Under the pieces are notes generated by a model. That model saw only the letters and a program-made list of their open reading frames with translations, was not told the DNA's origin and did no database searches. Position numbers and translations under genes: made by a program. Shown one piece after another: positions 1-9,503 of a DNA stretch of 64,000 nucleotides. Origin of the DNA: Candidatus Omnitrophota bacterium (GTDB lineage Bacteria > Omnitrophota > Gorgyraeia > Zapsychrales > Fredricksoniimonadaceae); assembly GCA_903836515.1 (NCBI GenBank), contig CAILQW010000050.1:14861-78860 (forward strand). The letters are read 5' to 3'. Numbering within the stretch: the stretch's first letter is position 1; each line of letters opens with the position of its first letter.

Positions 1-105
1 AGAAGATCGTTTTTTACGGGACGTTCGACGCTTTTTGTCATTCTCCTGAAATGGGGACCCATTTCGGGGCAGGCCAGCATCTTATCTGTCACAGGCACGG
101 TTGAT

Positions 106-918
106 ATGATATCTCCAATAATCGACGCCTTGCATTATGCTTTCATCCAGCGGGCCCTTTTGGCAGGGTGTTTTGTCGCGGTCTCCTGTGCGTTTCTGGG
201 GGTCTTTCTGGTCCTGCGGCGTTTTGCCATGATCGGCGACGGGCTGGCGCATGTCAGTTTCGCGACCATTGCCATCGGCCTGGTCCTTAACATCACACCG
301 GTCTTCGTTTCTGTGCCCCTGGTGGTTCTGGCGTCCCTGGGGGTTCTAAAGCTTTCCGACCGTTCCATGCTCTACGGGGATGCGGCCATCGGCCTCTTGT
401 CTGCCATGGGTGTGGCTACGGGTATCCTCATCGCGAGTGTCGGCGGCGGGTTTAACATTGACCTTTTCAGTTACCTTTTCGGGAATATCCTCTCGATCAG
501 CCCGGCGGAGGTGTGGTTGTCGGTCCTTTTGTCCCTGTTGGTCATCGGGGTGGTTAAATTCTTTTACCATGATCTTTTTGCCGTGAGCTTCGACGAAGAC
601 CATGCCCGGGTTTCCGGGATCAGGGCCGGGTTTATCAACAGGGTCCTGATCATCCTCACGGCCCTTACGGTTGTTCTGGGGATCAAGGTGGTGGGCACCA
701 TGCTTGTGTCAAGCCTGATCATTTTTCCGGCCGTGAGCGCTCTTTTTGTGGCCAGGAATTTCAAGGCCGTCATCTTGCTGGCAACGCTTTTTGCCGTGTT
801 ATCGGTTATTGTCGGCATCCTTATTTCGTATGCGTTCAACCTGCCTTCAGGGGCAGCCATCGTGTATGTGAACTTCGTGTTCTTTGCGGGGGCTTTCTTT
901 TTTCGGGGAAGAAGCTAG
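106..918 (+). CDS. znuB: ABC-3 family metal (Zn/Mn) ABC transporter permease
   Basis: 270-aa polytopic membrane protein. N-terminal region (IIDALHYAFIQRALLAG ... GVFLVLRRFAMIGDGLAHVSFA) is typical of ZnuB/MntB permeases. No ATPase or binding-protein gene in window (may lie upstream of window start). Confidence 0.75.
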   Translation: MISPIIDALHYAFIQRALLAGCFVAVSCAFLGVFLVLRRFAMIGDGLAHVSFATIAIGLVLNITPVFVSVPLVVLASLGVLKLSDRSMLYGDAAIGLLSAMGVATGILIASVGGGFNIDLFSYLFGNILSISPAEVWLSVLLSLLVIGVVKFFYHDLFAVSFDEDHARVSGIRAGFINRVLIILTALTVVLGIKVVGTMLVSSLIIFPAVSALFVARNFKAVILLATLFAVLSVIVGILISYAFNLPSGAAIVYVNFVFFAGAFFFRGRS

Positions 919-941
919 CCGTTTGTTAATTACTCCCGAGT

Positions 942-1793
942 ATGGGGAACAATCCCCAGGAGGTCATCATGCTCAATTTCTCGGTAAACAAGAAGACCTG
1001 TACGGTTTGCGGCCTGTGTGTGGCTGATTGTCCGGCCAATATCATTACCCTGGCCAGTGAAGGGCCGGCGATCCCTCCGGAAAACGAGGTCCGGTGTTAC
1101 AGGTGCCAGCACTGCCTGGCGGTCTGCCCGACAGGTTCTATTTCGATCCTTGGGGTGCAGCCTGAAGCGTGCCGCCCTTTGGCAGGGCATCTGCCGTCAG
1201 CGGATCAGGTTGAAACCCTGATCAGGGGGCGCCGGACCGTGCGCCGCTATAAAGACGAAAATCTTTCTCCCCGCATCATCCAGCGTTTGCTGGATGTCAC
1301 AGCCCAGGCGCCCAGCGGCCGCAACGAGCGCAAGGTCCTGTTGACCGTCATTGATGACCGCAAGGTCATGGCTGATTTTCGTCAACAAACCATGGACGCG
1401 TTGGCGCGGCTGGTCCGCGACAAGAAACTCCCGGCGGGCCGGGAACGTTTTGCGGACATTGTTGCGGCCTGGGAGAACAAGGGCGTGGATATTATTTTTC
1501 GCGGTGCCCCGCATTTTCTGGTCGCTTCGGCCCCAAGGACCTGCGCGACACCTGCTGCCGATTGCTTCATTGCGCTTTCCTATTTTGAACTTTTTGCCCG
1601 AAGCATGGGCGTCGGTACGCTGTGGGATGGCCTGGCTTATTGGGCGCTGACCGACCTTGTTCCGGAAGTACGGACCAAGCTAGGGATCCCTGAAGATCAT
1701 CAGATCGGTTATATGATGCTTTTTGGCAAGCCTGATGTGGAATATTTTCGCGGGGTTCGGCATGAACCGGCACAGATCGCCAGGGTTCATTGA
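942..1793 (+). CDS. Nitroreductase-family protein with N-terminal 2x[4Fe-4S] ferredoxin domain
   Basis: Two CxxCxxCxxxCP motifs (CTVCGLCVADCP; CYRCQHCLAVCP) followed by a nitroreductase-like fold region (RRTVRRYKDENLSP ... GAPHFLV). Confidence 0.65.
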   Translation: MGNNPQEVIMLNFSVNKKTCTVCGLCVADCPANIITLASEGPAIPPENEVRCYRCQHCLAVCPTGSISILGVQPEACRPLAGHLPSADQVETLIRGRRTVRRYKDENLSPRIIQRLLDVTAQAPSGRNERKVLLTVIDDRKVMADFRQQTMDALARLVRDKKLPAGRERFADIVAAWENKGVDIIFRGAPHFLVASAPRTCATPAADCFIALSYFELFARSMGVGTLWDGLAYWALTDLVPEVRTKLGIPEDHQIGYMMLFGKPDVEYFRGVRHEPAQIARVH

Positions 1794-2452
1794 AAATGGC
1801 ATTGTCACCGCTGACCCGGGGGCGTACCCTTGACCATGTGGCCGCGGTCTATGATGCGTTAAGCCCGCTCATGTTGTTTGGACAGGAACAGCGCATGGCC
1901 AGGCCCTGCCTTCAGTATATCCGGGAATCGTCCGTGCATGCGGTGCTGGACGTGGGGTGCGGCACGGGAACCCTGACGCTTGAGATCGCCGCGATCCTCG
2001 CCCAGCGCGGCGGCACGGTTGTCGGCGTCGATGCGGCGCCTAAAATGATCGCTGTGGCCCGCCGCAAGGCTGGTGCCCGGAGCAATGTCCGTTTCGATGT
2101 GGTCGCGGCCGAGGCCTTGCCTTACGGGGACGAGAGTTTTGACCATGGGCTGTCGACATTCTTCTTTCATCATATTGATTTTCAATTGAAGGTAAAGGCC
2201 CTCGATGAAGCTTTCCGTGTCCTTAAGCCGGGAGGGTCATTTGTTATTGTGGACGTGGATACTCCTACCAGCCTGTTTGGCCGTATATGCGCCTGGTCAG
2301 GATATTATTTATTCAAGCAGGAAGAGATCCGGGAGAACATCGAAGGCAAGCTCCGCCTGGCTATTGAAAAGTCCCTTTTTGGTTCTTTCAAGCGCGTGGC
2401 GCATTACCAGGGGTATGTTTCAGTATTCCAGTTGTCCAGGGCGGATTATTGA
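1790..2452 (+). CDS. Class I SAM-dependent methyltransferase (UbiE/COQ5-like)
   Basis: Motif I VLDVGCGTGTLT, post-I acidic residue, LKPGGSFVIVD motif. Start overlaps stop of upstream gene (ATGA). Confidence 0.7.
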   Translation: MKMALSPLTRGRTLDHVAAVYDALSPLMLFGQEQRMARPCLQYIRESSVHAVLDVGCGTGTLTLEIAAILAQRGGTVVGVDAAPKMIAVARRKAGARSNVRFDVVAAEALPYGDESFDHGLSTFFFHHIDFQLKVKALDEAFRVLKPGGSFVIVDVDTPTSLFGRICAWSGYYLFKQEEIRENIEGKLRLAIEKSLFGSFKRVAHYQGYVSVFQLSRADY

Positions 2453-2506
2453 TGTCCTGATTAAGCGTTCAATTCATATATTAATTAACATTTAACGGGG
2501 TAAAAG

Positions 2507-2881
2507 ATGGAAAAGTGGATCTATCTGATCGTCGGAGGGATCGTTGGCACGGTGTCCCGTTATGTCATGGCCGGGGCCGTGGCCCAGCGCATGGGCGCGG
2601 GGTTCCCGTGGGGGACGGTCGCGGTCAATCTGACAGGATGCCTGGTGATCGGCTTCCTGGATGTTCTCTTTGAGAAGAAATTCATGCTTAGTCCCAACAT
2701 GCGGATACTGCTCATGACGGGGTTTTGCGGGGCATTCACCACATTCTCGACCTTGATCCTGGAAACATCGAATCTCCTCCGGGAGAATGAATTCTTGTAT
2801 GCTTTTGGGAATGTGATGATCAGTTTCGGGATCGGTTTTGCCGCGTTCAAACTCGGGGCCGTCATCGCCGAGTTCATCTGA
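2507..2881 (+). CDS. crcB: Fluoride ion channel CrcB/Fluc
   Basis: 124 aa, four TM segments, GxVGxxxRY and GFCGAFTTFSTL signature typical of CrcB. Confidence 0.85.
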   Translation: MEKWIYLIVGGIVGTVSRYVMAGAVAQRMGAGFPWGTVAVNLTGCLVIGFLDVLFEKKFMLSPNMRILLMTGFCGAFTTFSTLILETSNLLRENEFLYAFGNVMISFGIGFAAFKLGAVIAEFI

Positions 2882-2903
2882 TACCCAAGCCAAGGGAGGC
2901 GTG

Positions 2904-3233
2904 ATGAAAATACCTGCGCAAGGACAACTTTTAAGGATATTCGTGGGGGAGCAGGACAAGTGGGAGGGAAAACCTCTGTATGAGGCCATTGTCATGCTGG
3001 CACGTCAGGAAAAGATGGCGGGCGCCACGGTGGTCAAGGGCTGTATGGGCTTTGGCCGCAAGAGCCACATGCATACGGCCAAGATCCTGCGCCTTTCCGA
3101 GGATCTTCCCATGATCATCGAGATCGTGGACAGTCGCGAAAAGATCGAACTCTTCCTCCCGCGCATCGATGCCATGGTTAAAGAAGGCCTTGTGACCCTG
3201 GAAGATATCCAGGTCATTGTATATCGTTCGTAA
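2904..3233 (+). CDS. DUF190 (PII-like) protein, fluoride-resistance associated
   Basis: About 110 aa, LLRIFVGEQDKWEGKPLYEAIV ... IIEIVDSREKIE typical of DUF190, which is commonly co-encoded with crcB. The ATG at 2904 is preferred over the longer ORF beginning at 2838, which overlaps crcB. Confidence 0.7.
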   Translation: MKIPAQGQLLRIFVGEQDKWEGKPLYEAIVMLARQEKMAGATVVKGCMGFGRKSHMHTAKILRLSEDLPMIIEIVDSREKIELFLPRIDAMVKEGLVTLEDIQVIVYRS

Positions 3234-3254
3234 CCCTATAAAACAGGGTATCCT

Positions 3255-4646
3255 TTATGTCCTTCGGCCGTTTGGGATGACAGCTGCTTTTTCAACCGCT
3301 TCGGCGATCTTTTCGTGGACATTGATGTGCATGAAGTTGGGGACCAGGTCGTGCTTGCCGCTGAGTGAGGCGAGGGTTTCGGCCGCGGCGAATTTCATGG
3401 CGCTGGTGATTTTACCGGCTTTGGCGTTAATGGCGCCCTTGATGAGACCCGGGAACGCCAGCGCATTATTGATGGTCCTGCCGTCCATGGCAATGGCCGC
3501 ACCCGCCGCCAGGGCATCCTGGGGCCATATCTCCGGAACCGGGTTAGCCAGACTGAACACGATCGCTTTTTTGGCCATGCTTTTGACCATGGCTGATTTG
3601 ACAGCGCCCGCCGATGAAACACCAATAAGAATATCAGCGCCTTTAAGTGTGTCGGCCAGAGACCCGGTGATCTTCCTTATGTTGGTAACAGCCGCGATGG
3701 CTTCCTTGTAGGGGTTCATCCCATCCTTACGTCCGGCGTAGATGGCGCCGGTCCTGTCGCACAGGGTGATGTCCTTGAAACCGTATTCCAGCAATAGTTT
3801 GCACGCCGCCATGCCAGCAGCCCCTGCGCCGTTGATGACCGTGCGGACGGATTGTTTCTTTTTTCCGGTCAGCTTGAGGGCTTTGATCAGGGCCGCGAGG
3901 ATCACTACGGCCGTGCCGTGCTGGTCGTCATGGAACACGGGGATATTCACCCGTTCCTGGAGCGCCGCTTCAACCTCGAAGCATAGCGGTGCACTGATAT
4001 CTTCCAGCATGATCACGCTGAATGTTTTCGATAAAAGCGCCAGGGCGTCCACGATGGGGCCCGCATCACGGCTTTCCAGGAGTAAAGGGACACAGCTGAC
4101 GCCGGAGAACTTGTTGAGGATCATGGATTTGCCTTCCATGACAGGCATGGCTGCGAGAACGCCGATATCGCCCAGTCCCAGCACCGCCGAGCCGTTGGTG
4201 GCAATGCACACGGTGTTGCCGATGGAGGTATAGGTTCTGGCTCCTTCAGGATAGCGGTGGATGAACTGGCAGACCTGGGCCACGCCCGGCGTGTAGATCA
4301 TCCGCAGGTCGCTTAAGGTGTCCATCTTGACCCGGGGGGTCATGGCGACCTTGCCGCCCTTGTGGATCTCAAGCACTTCGTCTTCCACATCAAGAACCTT
4401 GTAACCTTTAAGTTTGTTAACGGCGCTGACAGCGGCGTTGAACTGTTCCTTGGTATCAAAGAAGATGGTGATGTCGCGGACGATGTAGTTGGACGTGACA
4501 TGCTCGGTCACGATATCGCCCAGGACCGCTCCCTGCGCGCCCAGGGCCGAGGCCAGGTGGCCGAGAGCACCGGGCACATCGGGGATGCGGAAGCGGATCT
4601 TTTTGACAAGCTTATGCGCGTATTTTTCCATCGGGGAATTTATCAT
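3255..4646 (-). CDS. NAD(P)-dependent malic enzyme with N-terminal ACT domain
   Basis: ACT-like N-terminus, then malic-enzyme core (MIYTPGVAQVC ... GNTVCIATNGSAVLGLGDIG ... NGAGAAG Rossmann motif). Confidence 0.85.
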   Translation of the reverse strand: MINSPMEKYAHKLVKKIRFRIPDVPGALGHLASALGAQGAVLGDIVTEHVTSNYIVRDITIFFDTKEQFNAAVSAVNKLKGYKVLDVEDEVLEIHKGGKVAMTPRVKMDTLSDLRMIYTPGVAQVCQFIHRYPEGARTYTSIGNTVCIATNGSAVLGLGDIGVLAAMPVMEGKSMILNKFSGVSCVPLLLESRDAGPIVDALALLSKTFSVIMLEDISAPLCFEVEAALQERVNIPVFHDDQHGTAVVILAALIKALKLTGKKKQSVRTVINGAGAAGMAACKLLLEYGFKDITLCDRTGAIYAGRKDGMNPYKEAIAAVTNIRKITGSLADTLKGADILIGVSSAGAVKSAMVKSMAKKAIVFSLANPVPEIWPQDALAAGAAIAMDGRTINNALAFPGLIKGAINAKAGKITSAMKFAAAETLASLSGKHDLVPNFMHINVHEKIAEAVEKAAVIPNGRRT

Positions 4647-4693
4647 GGGCGGTCCTGTTCGTCATGGATGATTAATAATCTGGTCATTATATA

Positions 4694-5011
4694 TCAAAGT
4701 TCCAGAAAAGAAAGCACAGGCGTGTGCGGCGTGATGCTGACAATGACAGGCTTGAGGCCTTGCAGGTCATGGCGCAGGGAGGCCAGTTGCTGTGGGGTGA
4801 TGGTGAAAGTAACACCGTGACCGGCGCTGTCGGTATTCATGGCTTGCCCGTTGAGCGTCCATGTCATGGGGTTTGGGTTTAGGTCAATACCGCTGAAAAT
4901 CATTCCCGGCGCTTCCGACGAGGACGTGCGGCACACGCTGTCGCTGGCGAGTGCGGTTTCATTGAATATCGAGACAGCCGGTGAGGCCAATTTCAAGCGC
5001 TTGAGCCACAA
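4694..5011 (-). CDS. Mini-protein consisting essentially of the GIDL C-terminal module (family copy A)
   Basis: C-terminal 66 aa SGIDLNPNPMTW...TPQQLASLRHDLQGLKPVIVSITPHTPVLSFLEL aligns with the C-termini of four other ORFs in the window. The track start appears to be a non-ATG codon. An internal ATG (MIFSGIDL) would give 69 aa. Confidence 0.4.
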   Translation of the reverse strand: MWLKRLKLASPAVSIFNETALASDSVCRTSSSEAPGMIFSGIDLNPNPMTWTLNGQAMNTDSAGHGVTFTITPQQLASLRHDLQGLKPVIVSITPHTPVLSFLEL

Positions 5012-5280
5012 AAAAAATTACACCCGGGATATCCTGGGAAGCATCCAGTTTATCAGCCGGTTGACAGCCAGAGGTTCTTCTTTTGAACGGGTCAAGCAGA
5101 CGACACAGTTTGTGGCCGGAGCCTCGGGGGAAGACCTTTTAACCGCCGCCGTCTTTTTATTATCTTGTCTTCTCTCGCAAGGGTTAATGCTGTATGATGA
5201 TATTTGTGCTGGTGGAGAATAGTTCGTCTATGAGCTCGTCGTTATGCCGTCGGAGAATCTTGGCACATCCAGGAGGGGCT

Positions 5281-5679
5281 ATGTACAGCAAGAAAATATT
5301 GGTCGTGGACAATGACAAGGATTTTCTTAAGGAACTGGAAGAGGTGCTGATGTTTAGCGGCTATCAGGTCATCGCGATGGACAATTCTTCCGCGGTGGCC
5401 GGGATTGTCGACCAGGTCAGCGTCGATCTGGTTCTCATGGACCTTCAAATGCCGGGGAAGACCGGGTTTGAATTGGCGTATGAGCTGAGGGATCTGCCGC
5501 GTTTTTATGATGTGCCGATCATTGCCATGACCGGTTTTTACAGGGAAGAATACGAGCCTTTGCTGAAGGCCTGCGGGATTTCGTATTGCCTCCAGAAGCC
5601 TTTTCATCCCTTGGATGTTATCGCGAAGGTCGAGGGTATCCTGGCTAAACACCCCAGTAAAGCATCGTCGATGTCTTGA
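5281..5679 (+). CDS. Single-domain response regulator (CheY-like receiver)
   Basis: KILVVDNDKDFL ... LVLMDLQMPGKTGFEL ... PIIAMTG receiver signature. The ATG at 5281 is preferred over the longer track ORF. Confidence 0.8.
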   Translation: MYSKKILVVDNDKDFLKELEEVLMFSGYQVIAMDNSSAVAGIVDQVSVDLVLMDLQMPGKTGFELAYELRDLPRFYDVPIIAMTGFYREEYEPLLKACGISYCLQKPFHPLDVIAKVEGILAKHPSKASSMS

Positions 5680-5688
5680 GAGGATGAT

Positions 5689-6237
5689 ATGAAATGCCCT
5701 GATTGCGACAATAAATTACAGGTATCTTCCTGCCGCGGGATCATCATTCATGAATGCCGTGTCTGTAAAGGGAAATGGTTCGAGCGTGATGAACTTAAAC
5801 GGGTCAAGGACAAGACGGATGAGGGGTTAAGGTGGATCGATTTCGATCCTTTCGGTCTGGAGACAGAAAGCAGGCGGGTTCCCTCCCATGGGAAATTTTG
5901 TCCCAGCTGCCATAATGGCATGGCGTTGATCCGCTACATGCACTCCGATGTTGTGATCGACAAGTGCTGTGCCTGTAAAGGGGTATGGCTAAGCTCGGGA
6001 GAGCTCAGAAAGATCATTGCGTACCTGGAACATCTGGTCAAGGATAAAGAAACCAAAACGCTGGCCAAGGACACCTTCAGGAAGTTTATTGAGGTCTTTT
6101 CTGGCCGCAAGGATATGACCGCAGAGATACAGGATTTATTCGCAGTCTTTTATCTGCTTGAATTGAAGATATCCATCGAGCATCCCGACCTCACCCTGGC
6201 GACCCAGAAAATCTATGAAGCGGTCCCTTTCATTTGA
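5689..6237 (+). CDS. Zinc-ribbon (zf-TFIIB-like) domain protein
   Basis: Two CPxC...(17-19)...CxxCKG(K/V)W(F/L) repeats (CPDCDNKL...CRVCKGKWF; CPSCHNGM...CCACKGVWL), then a helical C-terminal part. Confidence 0.6.
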   Translation: MKCPDCDNKLQVSSCRGIIIHECRVCKGKWFERDELKRVKDKTDEGLRWIDFDPFGLETESRRVPSHGKFCPSCHNGMALIRYMHSDVVIDKCCACKGVWLSSGELRKIIAYLEHLVKDKETKTLAKDTFRKFIEVFSGRKDMTAEIQDLFAVFYLLELKISIEHPDLTLATQKIYEAVPFI

Positions 6238-6327
6238 CGCAGGTGTTTTGTGCCTCCCTTTATTCCTTGTAATTTTATGCCATCGTATAAAAGAATATGA
6301 TATGATTATCAAAATTATACGTAATCT

Positions 6328-6861
6328 TTGACGCGGAGGGATGGTATGGGAGAGAAAAAGCTCAAGATGATCGCGTTGGTTCTGGCTGCAGCCCTGGTCG
6401 TTGTGATCCTTGTCCTGGTTAAAGTTTACGCTGATGGCGCTGAAGCGTCAAAACAGCTGGAACTGCAATCCAGTGACAGTGTGTCCGCCAGGCAAAAGAG
6501 CGATGCGGCCATCAAGAAATTGACGGAGCAGTCATCGGTCAAAGATAAGGAAACGGCCGCGTTGAGCGACGAATTAAACGGGGTGAAGGCCGAATTGAAA
6601 GATGCCAAAGAGGCCTTGACGGGATCCAAGAGCGATCTTGAAGTCCTGGACAAGAAAGCCATTGCCTTGACGGAGCAGGTTTATAACGCCAAAAAAGAAT
6701 TGGCTGCCAAGACAGATGAATTGAAGGCAGCTGAAAATAAAGCGGCGGCATTATCAGATGAATTGACGTCGGTTAAGAAAGAACTTATAGATACCAAGAT
6801 CCTCCTGGAGTCAAACAAGGAAAGATCTGTTGGTATTCCTTCACTAACGCCGGTCAAATAG
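6328..6861 (+). CDS. Membrane-anchored coiled-coil protein (hypothetical)
   Basis: N-terminal TM helix (IALVLAAALVVVILVLV), then low-complexity heptad-like A/E/K/L-rich sequence. Confidence 0.45.
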   Translation: MTRRDGMGEKKLKMIALVLAAALVVVILVLVKVYADGAEASKQLELQSSDSVSARQKSDAAIKKLTEQSSVKDKETAALSDELNGVKAELKDAKEALTGSKSDLEVLDKKAIALTEQVYNAKKELAAKTDELKAAENKAAALSDELTSVKKELIDTKILLESNKERSVGIPSLTPVK

Positions 6862-6951
6862 ACAGGGCTGATCCTTGATCTGCTTGACAGATCTAAAACC
6901 CTCCGTACTCTGGTTGTACGGAGGGTTTTTGGCAATTTTTATGGGAAAAAC

Positions 6952-8343
6952 ATGAATCTTTTTGTATATGGCATGATGACATGTGTGTGTGCCGGTTTTT
7001 TGGCCGGTTGCGCGGTGGGGCCTGATTTTCACCCACCCGCCGCCACCTTGATGGCCGCGGACATTCCAGGGGAATGGTGGGGCTTGTTCAAATCTCCGGA
7101 ACTGGATCGCCTTATCCGTGGTGCCCTGGCGGATAATCCTACGCTTGAGGCGGCGCAGGCGGCGTTGCGTCAGGCGAGGGAAGATCTTAACGCCAGAGCG
7201 GGGGGCGAATATGTTCCGGAGGTGAATGGTTCCCTCTCAGCGTCCCGGCAGAAGACATCGTCAGCGGCCATGGGGCTTCCGCAAGGTCCGGCAAGTATTT
7301 TTACCCTCTACCATGCTTCGGTCAATGTTTCCTATGTGTTTGATGTTTTCGGACGCGGCAGGAGGGAACTTGAAGCGCTCAGGTCTTTGGTGGATTATCA
7401 GGCTTACCAGCATGAAGCCGCACGCCTGGCGCTGACAGCCAATATCGTGACAACGGTTATCATGGAAGCTTCCTTGCGGGAACAGGTCCAGGCCACCCTG
7501 CAGATCATGGCTATCCAGCAGAAACATCTGATCATGCTCAGGAAACAGCAGGATCTGGGTGGTGTTTCGCGTGCCGAGTTTTTGTCCCAGCGCACGGAAT
7601 TCGAACAAACCCGTGCCCTTTTGCCCCCCCTGCGTCGTGAGCTTTCGCAGCTGCGGTATCACCTGACAGTATTGGCCGGAAAAATGCCGGTTGAAGCGCG
7701 CCGTTTTCCTAAATTTCATCTGGCCATGCTTCATTTGCCCCTAGGGCTTCCTTCCGGGCTGCCTGCATCTCTCACGCGTCAGCGCCCGGATCTCCAGGCG
7801 GCGGAAGCGCTCTTGCATGCGGCGAGTGCCCGGGTAGGTGTTGCCACCGCAGATCTTTATCCCCGGATAACGTTAAACGGCAGTTATGGACGTTCTTCGG
7901 CAGGTTCGGGAAATCTTTTTGATGCCAACAACGCGGTATGGGATCTTGGGGCGGGATTGGTGCAGCCGCTGGTTAACGGAGGGGCGCTGCGCGCCAAACG
8001 CCGCGGAGCAGTGGCGGCGATGGATGAGGCGTCGTCCCGGTTCAGGCAAACGCTCCTGATGGCATTCGAGGATGTGTCCAATGCGCTCAGGGCCCTGGAA
8101 GAAGATGGTATGGCCTATCAGGCAAGGGTTGCGGCGCAAAGCGCTGCGCGTGATTCGCTGACACTGGCCCGTGAACAGTTTGTTTCCGGCGCGGCCAGCT
8201 ATATTCTGCTGTTAAATGCCGAGCGCCAATATCAACAGGCCTGTATCGCGCTCATTCAGGCCAGGTCAACGCGTCTGGCAGATGCTGTTGCATTATTCCA
8301 GTCATTGGGCGGTGGTTGGTGGAACCGTACTAAGGAGAAATGA
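6952..8343 (+). CDS. RND efflux outer-membrane factor lipoprotein (TolC/NodT family)
   Basis: Lipoprotein signal (FLAGCAV), two OEP-type helical repeats, first gene of a three-gene efflux operon. Confidence 0.85.
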   Translation: MNLFVYGMMTCVCAGFLAGCAVGPDFHPPAATLMAADIPGEWWGLFKSPELDRLIRGALADNPTLEAAQAALRQAREDLNARAGGEYVPEVNGSLSASRQKTSSAAMGLPQGPASIFTLYHASVNVSYVFDVFGRGRRELEALRSLVDYQAYQHEAARLALTANIVTTVIMEASLREQVQATLQIMAIQQKHLIMLRKQQDLGGVSRAEFLSQRTEFEQTRALLPPLRRELSQLRYHLTVLAGKMPVEARRFPKFHLAMLHLPLGLPSGLPASLTRQRPDLQAAEALLHAASARVGVATADLYPRITLNGSYGRSSAGSGNLFDANNAVWDLGAGLVQPLVNGGALRAKRRGAVAAMDEASSRFRQTLLMAFEDVSNALRALEEDGMAYQARVAAQSAARDSLTLAREQFVSGAASYILLLNAERQYQQACIALIQARSTRLADAVALFQSLGGGWWNRTKEK

Positions 8344-9476
8344 TCATGGGTAAACGGATGTTGATCATGCTGATGGTCGTCGGGATTGTGTTTGGTGGCC
8401 TTTTTGGCTATCAGGCATTTATGCGTTCCATGATGAAGAAATACATGTCCAGCGGTAAAGTGCCGCCTGTGACAGTTGCTGCAATGAAAGCCACGATCAG
8501 CCCCTGGCAGACCTTGATCAGGGCAACCGGGACCCTGCGGGCTGTCAAGGGCGTGGATGTGACCACGGAGGTTTCGGGGATCATCCAAGGTGTGTTTTTT
8601 ACATCCGGCAGTGCTGTCAAGAAAGACCAGATCCTGCTGAAACTTAACACGGACACGGATGTGGCTCAGCTACATGCCCTGGAGGCGGCGGCCGGACTGG
8701 CGAAGACCGTTTATGCGCGCGATAAAAAGCAGTTGAAGGTGATGGCCGTGAGTCAGGCGGTTGTGGATGCGGATGCCGCGGATCTGAAAAACCGCCGTGC
8801 CCAGCTGGCCCAGCAGGCAGCGGTCATCCGTAAAAAGATCATCCGTGCGCCCTTTGACGGGAAGCTGGGTGTGAGTGCGGTCAACGCCGGGCAATACCTC
8901 AATCCAGGGGAAAAGATCGTGTCCCTGCAGGATCTGGATCAAGTGTTCGTCGATTTTTATCTGCCCCAGCAGGAATTGTCACGGGTGAAGGTCGGGCAAA
9001 TGGCCGCCATGGCCATTGATGCGGTGCCGGACCGTGCGTTCCGGGGGAAGATCACGGCCATTAATTCAAAGGTTGATCCGGATTCACGCAATGTCCTCAT
9101 CGAGGCATTGATCGGCGAAGCGCGCGGCGCGCTCCTGCCCGGGATGTTTGCTTCTGTCCGTATTGAAGCCGGGATACCGCAGGAATATGTGACCCTCCCG
9201 CAGACAGCTGTCAGTTTTAATCCTTACGGGGAGACAGTCTTTATTGTTCAGCCTTCGCCCAAGGATGCCCAGGGGCCTGAGGTGCTGACGGTCAGGCAGG
9301 TTTTCGTCAAGGTCGGCGAACTGCGCGGCGACCAGGTGAGCATCCTCGAGGGGGTCAAACAGGGGGACCTGGTAGTCACCAGCGGTCAGCATAAACTCAG
9401 GAATGGGAGTGTGGTCCTTATCAATAACTCCATCCAGACGTCCTCAGACCAGGCCCCGCAGCCGGTGGATCAATAA
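8340..9476 (+). CDS. RND efflux periplasmic adaptor (membrane fusion protein, AcrA-like)
   Basis: N-terminal TM, biotinyl/lipoyl-like and beta-barrel HlyD-type segments. Start overlaps the OMF stop. Confidence 0.85.
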   Translation: MIMGKRMLIMLMVVGIVFGGLFGYQAFMRSMMKKYMSSGKVPPVTVAAMKATISPWQTLIRATGTLRAVKGVDVTTEVSGIIQGVFFTSGSAVKKDQILLKLNTDTDVAQLHALEAAAGLAKTVYARDKKQLKVMAVSQAVVDADAADLKNRRAQLAQQAAVIRKKIIRAPFDGKLGVSAVNAGQYLNPGEKIVSLQDLDQVFVDFYLPQQELSRVKVGQMAAMAIDAVPDRAFRGKITAINSKVDPDSRNVLIEALIGEARGALLPGMFASVRIEAGIPQEYVTLPQTAVSFNPYGETVFIVQPSPKDAQGPEVLTVRQVFVKVGELRGDQVSILEGVKQGDLVVTSGQHKLRNGSVVLINNSIQTSSDQAPQPVDQ

Positions 9477-9503
9477 ACCCGGCGGGATAAAGGAATATTC
9501 TTT

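Noticed and set aside
2453-2506. Possible fluoride riboswitch ahead of crcB
   Set aside because: Leader is short and AT-rich, and lacks the conserved crcB-motif elements by eye. Left as an open question rather than a feature.
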